Source: Arenicellales bacterium
GTDB taxonomy: Bacteria > Pseudomonadota > Gammaproteobacteria > Arenicellales > JAJDZL01
DNA length: 64,000 nucleotides
Direction of reading: 5' to 3'
Assembly: GCA_965214615.1 (NCBI GenBank)
Contig: OZ243952.1
Coordinates: forward strand, 1,539,941-1,603,940
The notes below the pieces were generated by a model. The model was given only the letters and a program-made list of their open reading frames with translations, ran no database searches and was not told where the DNA came from. Both the position numbers and the translations under genes were made by a program. The stretch's first letter is position 1. Each line of letters starts with the position of its first letter. This document shows positions 56,438-64,000 of the stretch, piece by piece.

Positions 56438-56640
56438 GTGATTGCGTCGGAAACATCGCTCTCCGTCGACCCGAGTTCGGCCAGTTTTTCGCGAACGCTG
56501 TCGACACGATTGATTCGAACTCGCGTTAGTACAATTCGTCCGCTGTTTAGCGCTACATCAAAATTATCGGCCACTTCAACCTCGACTGTGACAGCTTTTG
56601 GCAAAGTCAATTGAATCTTTGAAGTCAACTTGGCGAGCAT
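56416..56640 (-). CDS. AbrB/SpoVT-type antitoxin (VapB-like)
   Basis: 74 aa read from the internal ATG at 56640. The protein starts MLAKLTSKIQLTLPKAV...GRIVLTRV and has an acidic C-terminal tail. It overlaps the PIN pseudogene start in typical TA fashion. Confidence 0.6.
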   Translation of the reverse strand: MLAKLTSKIQLTLPKAVTVEVEVADNFDVALNSGRIVLTRVRINRVDSVREKLAELGSTESDVSDAITWARTQR

Positions 56641-57052
56641 TGCTATAACCTTTAGATGCATGTTTGTAACATTGGCAATGATATTGTTGATTCAAGAAGG
56701 TAGCAAGGATACCTTGCCATAGTGCATCCTTAATATCCTACTATACCAAATAGCAGGTAATGATGTACTTTCCGGTGGCATGTGAATATTCCACTTTATT
56801 CGAACGATGATTCCAGTGAAAATCGGAAGATCGGGCAGGGTAAGCCTTGGTCAACATGATTCTAGAAAATTGTTGAAACCCATGAATTCGATTGGCAAAG
56901 GCGCGCCTGTCATTCGGATTTGGACAGTTGTTGATTTGAAAATATTCTTGAGAGTCCTACGGAATATAGTCATCGGTCTCAGCAGTTTTTACCAGTCGAC
57001 TAATTTGTAATAAAACTTGATAATATGCAGTACAAATGCATAATATTAACTT

Positions 57053-58279
57053 ATGGAAGGCAAATATATTGAACGCTCGCTTGAGTCGTCACTCAACAAA
57101 GCGGTTTCGGAGTTTCCGGCAGTAGTATTAACGGGGCCGAGACAGTCGGGAAAAACGACTCTGCTGAAACACCTGTTCGGACAGAAATATTGCTATGTTT
57201 CCCTTGACTTGTCCGATGTCCGAGCTGCCGCGGTAAACGATCCGAGAGGATTTATTGAGGCGTATCCGCCCCCTGCAATCTATGATGAAATTCAAAGTGC
57301 GCCTGAACTGCTTCCATACATAAAGGAGAGAATTGATGAGCATCGCGCTATAGCTGGTCAATTTCTCCTGACTGGATCGCAGAACCTATTGCTCAGCCAG
57401 CACGTTTCGGAATCGTTGGCCGGTCGAACGGCAATGCTTCGCTTGCTTCCCTTATCACGGCGGGAGGCTACTCGCCAGTGTGATTTTCGGCTTTTCTGGG
57501 AAAGAGGGCAGCAAGAACAGATGCAGTCACTGTACCCCACTGGCGGGCTTTGGAGTTCTTTGATTCGCGGCGGTTACCCAGAACTCGAAATGCAGCCGGA
57601 ACGGGATCTCTCGCTATGGCATAGCAGCTATATTCAAACGTACCTTGAAAGGGATCTGCGTTCGATTCGACAGATTGGCGACTTGACTCAATTTCAAAAT
57701 TTTCTGCGGTTGCTCGCATCTCGAAGTGCGCAACTGTTGAATCTAACCGATGTCGCACGCGACCTAGGCATTGCTGTCAATACGGTCAAGGCATGGCTAT
57801 CGATATTGGAGGCGACCTATCAGGTCATTGTCCTGCGTCCCTTTTACGCCAATTTAGGCAAAAGGCTGGTCAAGACACCCAAGGTATATTTCACCGATAC
57901 GGGAACACTTTGCAATCTGGTTGGCCTCAAAGACCCAGAGCATGCTGCGCTTGGACCAATGGGCGGCGCAATCTTCGAAACAGCCGTAGTCTCCGAAATT
58001 ACGCGGACGTTGACGCATCAAGGGTTGAGTCCGAAAATTCACTTCTGGCGAACGTCCGCGGGAACTGAAATAGATTTTATCGTCGAGACTGTCGCGGGGC
58101 GCGTAGTGCCTGTCGAGGTCAAGCTTTCCGCTACACCGAGTGCCTCCATGGCTGGCGCAATCACAAAGTTTCAAAATGATGCGCCTGGATTGGCAGTTAC
58201 CGGATATGTGGTATGCGCCGGAAACAAAAGACTCCCGCTCGGACCCAATGTCAGCGCATTACCCATCGCAGAAATGTAG
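57053..58279 (+). CDS. AAA-type ATPase with a DUF4143-like C-terminal domain (second, divergent paralog)
   Basis: Walker A GPRQSGKTT and Walker B AIYDEIQ. The C-terminal pattern is GTEIDFIVE...VPVEVKLS. The upstream region is AT-rich. Confidence 0.8.
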   Translation: MEGKYIERSLESSLNKAVSEFPAVVLTGPRQSGKTTLLKHLFGQKYCYVSLDLSDVRAAAVNDPRGFIEAYPPPAIYDEIQSAPELLPYIKERIDEHRAIAGQFLLTGSQNLLLSQHVSESLAGRTAMLRLLPLSRREATRQCDFRLFWERGQQEQMQSLYPTGGLWSSLIRGGYPELEMQPERDLSLWHSSYIQTYLERDLRSIRQIGDLTQFQNFLRLLASRSAQLLNLTDVARDLGIAVNTVKAWLSILEATYQVIVLRPFYANLGKRLVKTPKVYFTDTGTLCNLVGLKDPEHAALGPMGGAIFETAVVSEITRTLTHQGLSPKIHFWRTSAGTEIDFIVETVAGRVVPVEVKLSATPSASMAGAITKFQNDAPGLAVTGYVVCAGNKRLPLGPNVSALPIAEM

Positions 58280-58285
58280 GGCGAA

Positions 58286-58314
58286 CAATTGCAAATTTCC
58301 GAATTTGGCAATTG
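58286..58314. terminator. hairpin between the convergent AAA gene and the ABC ATPase gene
   Basis: caattgcaaatt-tccg-aatttggcaattg forms an imperfect 12-13 bp stem. No clear T-tract follows on either strand. Confidence 0.3.
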
Positions 58315-58389
58315 TACCGGTCGAACGTGGCCAACAGGCGTATTTGATATGGATTCAGCCGATCGTGATTGCCGAATTTTCAGTGTCTG

Positions 58390-59226
58390 TCACGATATGC
58401 CGCGTGCCTTGCGACCTTGCGTTTTCGAATTGAAATGATAGTAGTGCGCTGTAGCCTTCAATAGTTTCTGCGTATATGAATGCCTGGGCTGATTGAACAA
58501 TGGCGAGACTTTCTGACGCTCCACTATTTCTCCATCGGCGATGACACTGACAAAATCGCAAACTTTTGCGACAACGCCCAGATCGTGCGAAATGAACAGC
58601 ACAGCGGTGCCGAATTCACCTTGAAGACGCTTGATCAGTTGCAGAATCTGGCGTTGCACCGTCACGTCCAGCGCGGTCGTCGGTTCGTCGGCAATGACCA
58701 GTTCGGGCTTGCAGGAGAACGCAATCGCGATAAGCGCTCTTTGGCGCATGCCGCCAGAGAGCTCGAACGGATATTGGCGCATCACTCTTTCCGGGTCGCG
58801 TATCTGAACATCTTCTAAAAGCTTCAGACTTGCTTGAGTCGCCTGATTCCGGCTGAATCCCATATGCAATCGCAGTACATCGCTCATTTGTCTGCCCACC
58901 CGTTGCACCGGGTTGAGAGAAGTCATCGGGTTTTGCGGAATCATGGCGATGTGGCGACTGGCATACCGACGTCGCATTTTCTTGCTTAGTCCGATCAGTT
59001 CCACATTGTCGGCAAAGCGAATGCTGCCCTGTCGGACGGTTGCCGAAGGAGGCAGTATGCCGAGAATGGACTTGGCAAGCATGCTCTTTCCGGCACCGGA
59101 TTCACCGACCAGTCCATGCACCTGTCCCGGGTGAATTTCCAGATCGACTCCGGTCAGAACCGGCGAGAAGGTTTGCTTGTGCCGCGCATCGATGTGCAGC
59201 GCGCTGACATCCAAAATGGTGCTCAC
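58390..59226 (-). CDS. peptide-type ABC transporter ATP-binding protein (DppD/OppD-like)
   Basis: Contains GESGAGKSM, LSGGMRQR and IADEPTTALD. Confidence 0.9.
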   Translation of the reverse strand: MSTILDVSALHIDARHKQTFSPVLTGVDLEIHPGQVHGLVGESGAGKSMLAKSILGILPPSATVRQGSIRFADNVELIGLSKKMRRRYASRHIAMIPQNPMTSLNPVQRVGRQMSDVLRLHMGFSRNQATQASLKLLEDVQIRDPERVMRQYPFELSGGMRQRALIAIAFSCKPELVIADEPTTALDVTVQRQILQLIKRLQGEFGTAVLFISHDLGVVAKVCDFVSVIADGEIVERQKVSPLFNQPRHSYTQKLLKATAHYYHFNSKTQGRKARGIS

Positions 59227-60083
59227 TGTTCAATTACCGGGTCCAGAAGGTTTCGCAGCCCGTCTCCCAATGCGTTGAATGCGACAACCACTGCGATAAT
59301 GCATGCCATCGGCAAGGCCATGATCCACCATGCCTGATGCACATACTGGCGTCCTTCCTGAATGAGTCCGCCCCATGTCGCCTGATCGGAGGAGACGCTC
59401 AGACCCACGAAGCTCAATATTGCTTCGACAATGACGGCAATCCCCATTTCCAGTGTGAGCAGAGTAATCAGCAGTGGAAATATGTTCGGAAAAATCTCCT
59501 TGAACAGAATTTTCCATCTGCCCAGGCCGATTGTGACCGCCGACGCGATGTATTCCTGTTCCTTTTGCACCAGCGTTTCAGCACGTACGACGCGGCAGAA
59601 CCGCGTCCAGTCGATTACTACGATGGCAATGATCACTGAGTGAAGACCGGTTCCGAGCACGGCAACCAGCACAATTGACAGCAGTACAGGAGGAAACGCC
59701 ATCCAGATGTCCACCATCCGCGAAATGAGTGTATCTAAGAGACCGCCGTAATAGCCGGCCAGCAATCCGAGGACAGTGCCTAGAACGGCAGTCAGGCTTG
59801 CCGCGGCCAAGGCGACAATCAGTGCGATCTGTGCTCCGTACATCAGGCGCGACAGCAGATCTCGACCGAGGCTATCGGTTCCCAGAAGAAAGACTTCGTT
59901 GTGCCCTTGCGCCCAGAATGGCGGAAGCAGGCCGCTAATCAAATCCTGTTCAAGCGGGTCGTGCGGCGCGATAATCGGAGCAAATGCGGCTGCAATGGCC
60001 AGCAGTCCGACCACGATACAACCGAACCAAAGCCGAAAGTTCACAGCCCGCTTGCCGAATTTGCGTTCTTCCAGGCTAGCCAT
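59223..60083 (-). CDS. peptide-type ABC transporter permease (DppC/OppC-like)
   Basis: 286 aa polytopic protein with start/stop overlaps to both neighbours. Confidence 0.9.
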   Translation of the reverse strand: MASLEERKFGKRAVNFRLWFGCIVVGLLAIAAAFAPIIAPHDPLEQDLISGLLPPFWAQGHNEVFLLGTDSLGRDLLSRLMYGAQIALIVALAAASLTAVLGTVLGLLAGYYGGLLDTLISRMVDIWMAFPPVLLSIVLVAVLGTGLHSVIIAIVVIDWTRFCRVVRAETLVQKEQEYIASAVTIGLGRWKILFKEIFPNIFPLLITLLTLEMGIAVIVEAILSFVGLSVSSDQATWGGLIQEGRQYVHQAWWIMALPMACIIAVVVAFNALGDGLRNLLDPVIEQ

Positions 60084-61083
60084 AGGTCACTTTCGGGTTA
60101 AGCAGCCGGTAGCTCATGTCAACCAGCAAATTCACCGTGATGAAGATAACGGCAAACATAATGATCAGTCCCTGAATCAAGGGCAGGTCCCGGTCGATCA
60201 CCGCGCCAATCGCTAAATTTCCGATACCCGGATAGCTGAATATCTGCTCTACGAGTACCGTGCCGCCAAGCAGAAAGTTGAATTGGACGCCGGAAAGTGC
60301 GACTGTCGGGATGAGTGCGTTGCGAAGCGCTTGGCCGACAAGTATTCGCCAACGGCTGTATCCGTGAACCTGGGCGAGCATGATGTAATCGTGAGTCAGT
60401 GTTTCGCGCAACGATGCCTTGAGCGTTCTTGCGATCACAGCGGTCAGAGGCAATGCGAGCGCGACTGCAGGCAGCGCCAGATGCTCTGCCAGATTCTTCA
60501 GCAGCGCAAAATCGCCCCGCACCAGGCTCTCCAGCAGATAGAATTGGGTGGCAAAGTCTACGCTGAGGCGCGGATCGATTCTGCCGGAAATCGGCATCAC
60601 CGGCCACAGTACGCCGAGCAGCAGGATAAAGATCAGTCCCCACAGAAAATCCGGTATCGCCTGATTCAATCCGGTCACCGCGTCTACCGCCGCCTCGGGC
60701 CAGCGGTTCTGCCAGTAGATTCCGATCACTGCGAGAGCCATTCCAAGCAGCACCGCGACCATCATCGCAGCCGCTGCCAGTTCCAGTGTGGCTGGGAGCC
60801 GGGAAAATACGAGCTGAACCACATCCTGCCTGAGGCTGATCGAGGTGCCCAGATCGCCTTGCAGGACATTTGTCAGCCAGATCACATACTGGTCAAATAT
60901 AGATTTGTCCAGTCCGTAGATCTGACGAAGGTGGTCGATGTCGCCCTGCGTGGCGCCCGGGGGGATCATCATCGCGATCGGATCCCCCGGCACCACTCGA
61001 AGCAGGATGAATACAATGACCGATACGCCAAATAGCGTCGGTGCGATCAGCAATAGGCGCCGCAGCAAAAAGCGCGCGTTCAT
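60076..61083 (-). CDS. peptide-type ABC transporter permease (DppB/OppB-like)
   Basis: 335 aa. The N-terminus FLLRRLLLIAPTLFGVSVIVFILLRVVPGDP is typical of DppB. Confidence 0.9.
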   Translation of the reverse strand: MNARFLLRRLLLIAPTLFGVSVIVFILLRVVPGDPIAMMIPPGATQGDIDHLRQIYGLDKSIFDQYVIWLTNVLQGDLGTSISLRQDVVQLVFSRLPATLELAAAAMMVAVLLGMALAVIGIYWQNRWPEAAVDAVTGLNQAIPDFLWGLIFILLLGVLWPVMPISGRIDPRLSVDFATQFYLLESLVRGDFALLKNLAEHLALPAVALALPLTAVIARTLKASLRETLTHDYIMLAQVHGYSRWRILVGQALRNALIPTVALSGVQFNFLLGGTVLVEQIFSYPGIGNLAIGAVIDRDLPLIQGLIIMFAVIFITVNLLVDMSYRLLNPKVTYG

Positions 61084-61144
61084 AGAATCTAGCCGGGCTG
61101 TTGCTTGGCCGGCGCCTCAGTCGGTAGTCGGCTGTCCCAAGCCC

Positions 61145-62659
61145 TCAATTGCTCTTCGCTACGGCCTGAGGCAGTACAAAGTTTGCAACGTGCGGCGTCA
61201 CTTCGATGCCGTCGCGATGCACAATCGGCTGCACATACTGCAGAAGCGGAATCACGTAGGCGTTCTCTGCGATATATCGATCGACCGCCTGATATCCGGC
61301 AATTCGCCTGTCTTCGTCCGCTTCGCCCCACAACGGGCCAATCATTCCATCGAGATCGTCGGTGTCCCAGGTTGAATGCGGTGACGGGCCGAACATAGCA
61401 AAACCGGTAGAAGTCGAAGGGTCGCCGATTGCATTGCCCCAGTTGTAGAATGCCGCAGGCGCCAGCGTATCGGTCGCTCGCAGTTCGTAATGCTTGGCGA
61501 TTTCGTAGACCTCGATTTCCGCTTCGGCGCCGACTTTGCGCCACATTCCGACGATGGCCTGGATCATTTCATAGTCCTTGGGCTTGAATCCGCGGGTCGT
61601 CTGAATCGTAAATCGAACCGGATTGTCCTTGGAGTATCCGGACGCGGCGAGCAGTTCGACGGCCTTGTCAGGATCGTGTGCGACTTTGATGCTGGCGTCA
61701 AATGCCGCATATTGAGGCGCTTGCAGAGTATCGATCGGCACCCCGTAGCCGCGCAGCAGATGGTCGACGATTGCCTGCTTGTCGATGGCATGAGCCAGCG
61801 CCATGCGCACATTGGCATCTTCCATCACGTCGATGTCGTTGAGAAAGATCATGCCGATATCCGACACCGGCGTGCTTTTACCTTCAAAACCGTCCTTGGC
61901 GCTGAGCCGGTCATATTCTTCGTACGGAATTTCGATCGTGATGTCTGAACCGCCGCTTTCGATTTCCGCGACACGGCTGCTTGCGTCGGTTACAAATTTG
62001 AACACGACAGTTTCAAATTCAGGCTTAGGACCCCAGTACTGATCGAATCTTTTGAGCCGGACAAAGCTGTTGCGTTCGAAATGATCCACCATGTACGGAC
62101 CGGACCCGACCGGCGCTCCTTCGAAGCCTTCGGATCCTACGGATTCGTAGTACTTCTGAGGCAGGACGTATCCTGTCAGAAAAGCCATCCACTTAAACAG
62201 CGTCGGTTCGAAGGACACGACGTCTGCGGTAATGCGATTGCCGTCAATACTGAAATTGTTCACCTTGCTCCATACGAACATGATCGGGTTGCCGGTGTCG
62301 GGATGACCGGCTCTTTCTAGGGACCACACCACGTCCTGGGGAGTGACCTTGCTGCCATCATGCCAATAGGCATTGTCGCGAACTTCCAGCCAAATCTGGG
62401 TTCGGTCGTCGTTCCATCCCCAGCCGGTCAGCAGCCCCGGCTTGAAGCTCAGGTCAGGATTCTGATCGACATACTGATCAAAGACCGACTTGTAGATGGA
62501 CTGGATGGTCGGATTGACTGCCGAAAGTCCCACTGTAGGGTCCCATGACGGCAAATTGACGTTGTATGCGATGGTTAGAACGTCATCGTCAGCGGCCTGA
62601 GCCTGCCCTGCGATTGCCAGAAGCAGCGCGAAAAGGATGGATGTAAATTTGGTTTTCAT
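61145..62659 (-). CDS. ABC transporter substrate-binding protein, family 5 (peptide/nickel type)
   Basis: Signal peptide MKTKFTSILFALLLAIAGQAQA. 504 aa, upstream of the permease genes. Confidence 0.9.
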   Translation of the reverse strand: MKTKFTSILFALLLAIAGQAQAADDDVLTIAYNVNLPSWDPTVGLSAVNPTIQSIYKSVFDQYVDQNPDLSFKPGLLTGWGWNDDRTQIWLEVRDNAYWHDGSKVTPQDVVWSLERAGHPDTGNPIMFVWSKVNNFSIDGNRITADVVSFEPTLFKWMAFLTGYVLPQKYYESVGSEGFEGAPVGSGPYMVDHFERNSFVRLKRFDQYWGPKPEFETVVFKFVTDASSRVAEIESGGSDITIEIPYEEYDRLSAKDGFEGKSTPVSDIGMIFLNDIDVMEDANVRMALAHAIDKQAIVDHLLRGYGVPIDTLQAPQYAAFDASIKVAHDPDKAVELLAASGYSKDNPVRFTIQTTRGFKPKDYEMIQAIVGMWRKVGAEAEIEVYEIAKHYELRATDTLAPAAFYNWGNAIGDPSTSTGFAMFGPSPHSTWDTDDLDGMIGPLWGEADEDRRIAGYQAVDRYIAENAYVIPLLQYVQPIVHRDGIEVTPHVANFVLPQAVAKSN

Positions 62660-62680
62660 AAGTGTTTGCTCCTCATGGGT

Positions 62681-63925
62681 TTAGGTGACGGGCTTGTCTT
62701 TGCTCGAAGGCCAGTTTCCCATCAAAGTATTCGAAGGCAGCGATTCATCGACCAGCTTTGCGGCGGTCTGCTGCCCTGCGACCGGCAAGCCTTCGGCATC
62801 GAGCTTGCCGATTTGCGCGAGCACCGATGCCTGATCCCAATAGATATGCTCGTGGCACAGCTTGTCTCCGCGAAAATTGACGATCGCGACTAAGGGGATT
62901 TCAACGTATTTTCCGGTTGGCTCTATGCCGGGCAGCATCCAGTCGATTTCGCAATCATGGGTAAAGCAGAACAGCATTTCATCGACAAGGCGGTCTGCGC
63001 CAATGGTCCGGGATATTGGAACGAGTCTGGTATCGGCCGGATTGGAGTCGACAAAATGATGCTTGTAGAAGCGGCTGAGTTCCTCCTGGCCGACGCCACC
63101 GGTCATCGTCGGGATGTGGTTGACATAGGGATCGTCAACCATTGTTTTCATGGTTGCCGGCACGTCTCTGGCAGCGAATTCGTACTCGCAGTGTTTTTCC
63201 CACAGAGCCCCAAGATCATAGCGCGGCCCCAGGGAACTGCGGAGCAGGGCGATGCTTCGCGAGTAGGCCATCATGGTTGACGGCTTGTGGAAACTGTCTC
63301 GCCCCGGAGTGGCGAATGCATGGTCGACGCCCGGATAGTTGTAGATTTCGATGTCGTCTCGTCCTTGGAACGTCTCTGTAATCTGAGCGACCGCTTCAGG
63401 CGGTACAAATCCGTCTTCGGCCGCAAAGTGCATGACCATGGGGCAGCTTATGTTTTCGGCTTCTTCAAGTGACTGCTCTATAGCGACGCCGTAGTAGGAG
63501 ACTGCGCATTCAACGGTGGTTCGAGCTGCAGTCAGATATGCGAGCTTGCCGCCAAGGCAGTACCCCAGAGCTCCGACTTGGTTCGTGTCGCACTCCGGCA
63601 TGGCTCGCAATGCCGCAACTGTATCTGCAATGTCATCGATAGCCTGGTCCACGTCAAAGCGCTGATAGAAGTCGAATGCCTTGCCGAAGTCTTCGTCGTT
63701 GTATCCGAGCACAACGCCCGGCTGCATGCGCCAGAACAGATCCGGGACCAGTACGACGTAGCCTTCTTCAGCGAAATTCCGGGCCATGTCGCGAAGATAC
63801 GGATTGATTCCGAAAATTTCCTGCAGCAGAACCAAACCCGGTCCCGAACCGCTTGCGGGCTTGGTACAAAATGCTTCGAACTTGCTTCCGTCCGATGCAT
63901 TGATTGTTATCATTGAACCTGGCAT
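62681..63925 (-). CDS. dienelactone hydrolase family enzyme fused to a C-terminal NTF2/SnoaL-like domain
   Basis: The N-terminal ~235 aa are DLH-like, with LLQEIFGIN and the nucleophile motif GYCLGG. The C-terminal ~170 aa resemble SnoaL/ester-cyclase-like folds. The gene ends 22 nt upstream of the SBP gene on the same strand. Confidence 0.7.
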   Translation of the reverse strand: MPGSMITINASDGSKFEAFCTKPASGSGPGLVLLQEIFGINPYLRDMARNFAEEGYVVLVPDLFWRMQPGVVLGYNDEDFGKAFDFYQRFDVDQAIDDIADTVAALRAMPECDTNQVGALGYCLGGKLAYLTAARTTVECAVSYYGVAIEQSLEEAENISCPMVMHFAAEDGFVPPEAVAQITETFQGRDDIEIYNYPGVDHAFATPGRDSFHKPSTMMAYSRSIALLRSSLGPRYDLGALWEKHCEYEFAARDVPATMKTMVDDPYVNHIPTMTGGVGQEELSRFYKHHFVDSNPADTRLVPISRTIGADRLVDEMLFCFTHDCEIDWMLPGIEPTGKYVEIPLVAIVNFRGDKLCHEHIYWDQASVLAQIGKLDAEGLPVAGQQTAAKLVDESLPSNTLMGNWPSSKDKPVT

Positions 63926-64000
63926 GTTGAAAATTCTCCTTACGATTCCTAGGTTAGACTACAGCGGTGAACGGTCTATTGTACAAATTAAGAGTCTTTG

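Noticed and set aside
58583-58598. The sequence tcgtgcgaaatgaaca inside the DppD-like gene, which looks like an inverted copy of the 22-bp repeat core (tgttcattt..gcga) and so a possible second transposon end.
   Set aside because: On the coding strand it encodes the conserved ABC motif LFISHD. It is a single copy, and the match outside the core is poor, so this is most likely coincidence.

Overview
The window looks like chromosomal DNA from a gammaproteobacterium of moderately high GC. That call rests on the gene order rimP-nusA-infB-rbfA-truB-rpsO-pnp followed by smc-zipA-ligA. Most of it is ordinary core genome. Named or family-assigned genes include betA (5' partial), dtd, a dihydroorotase-family gene, dksA, acnA, a ydiJ-like dehydrogenase, ispH, yciB, tRNA-Leu(CAA), a MATE pump, sseA and queA. 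There is also a seven-gene LIV-type ABC transporter cluster with two acyl-CoA ligases, metY, and a peptide-type ABC operon.

Several small accessory or decayed patches are embedded in this backbone:
- An Rpn-type PD-(D/E)XK nuclease gene with an in-frame 12-bp tandem repeat, flanked by about 0.9 kb and 0.65 kb of apparently gene-less DNA that contains a triad of palindromes.
- A low-GC single-gene islet encoding a nuclease-plus-P-loop helicase-like protein of the DUF2075 type. This is my best candidate for a stand-alone defence gene.
- Two divergent AAA/DUF4143-type ATPase genes.
- An orphan cytoplasmic FN3-like mini-protein.
- A mosaic of about 2.75 kb that splits the peptide ABC operon. It holds an IS21-like remnant with four 22-bp terminal repeats, a dead PIN toxin next to an intact antitoxin, and one of the AAA genes.

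Three unusual gene architectures in otherwise ordinary genes are visible directly in the sequence. A free-standing duplicate of the PNPase S1 domain is translationally coupled to pnp. DNA ligase carries an insertion of about 160 residues. An ABC ATPase is fused in frame to an SDR domain whose catalytic Tyr is replaced by Leu.

I see no CRISPR array, rRNA, prophage or clear multi-gene novel system. All family assignments come from motif recognition by eye and need profile searches.
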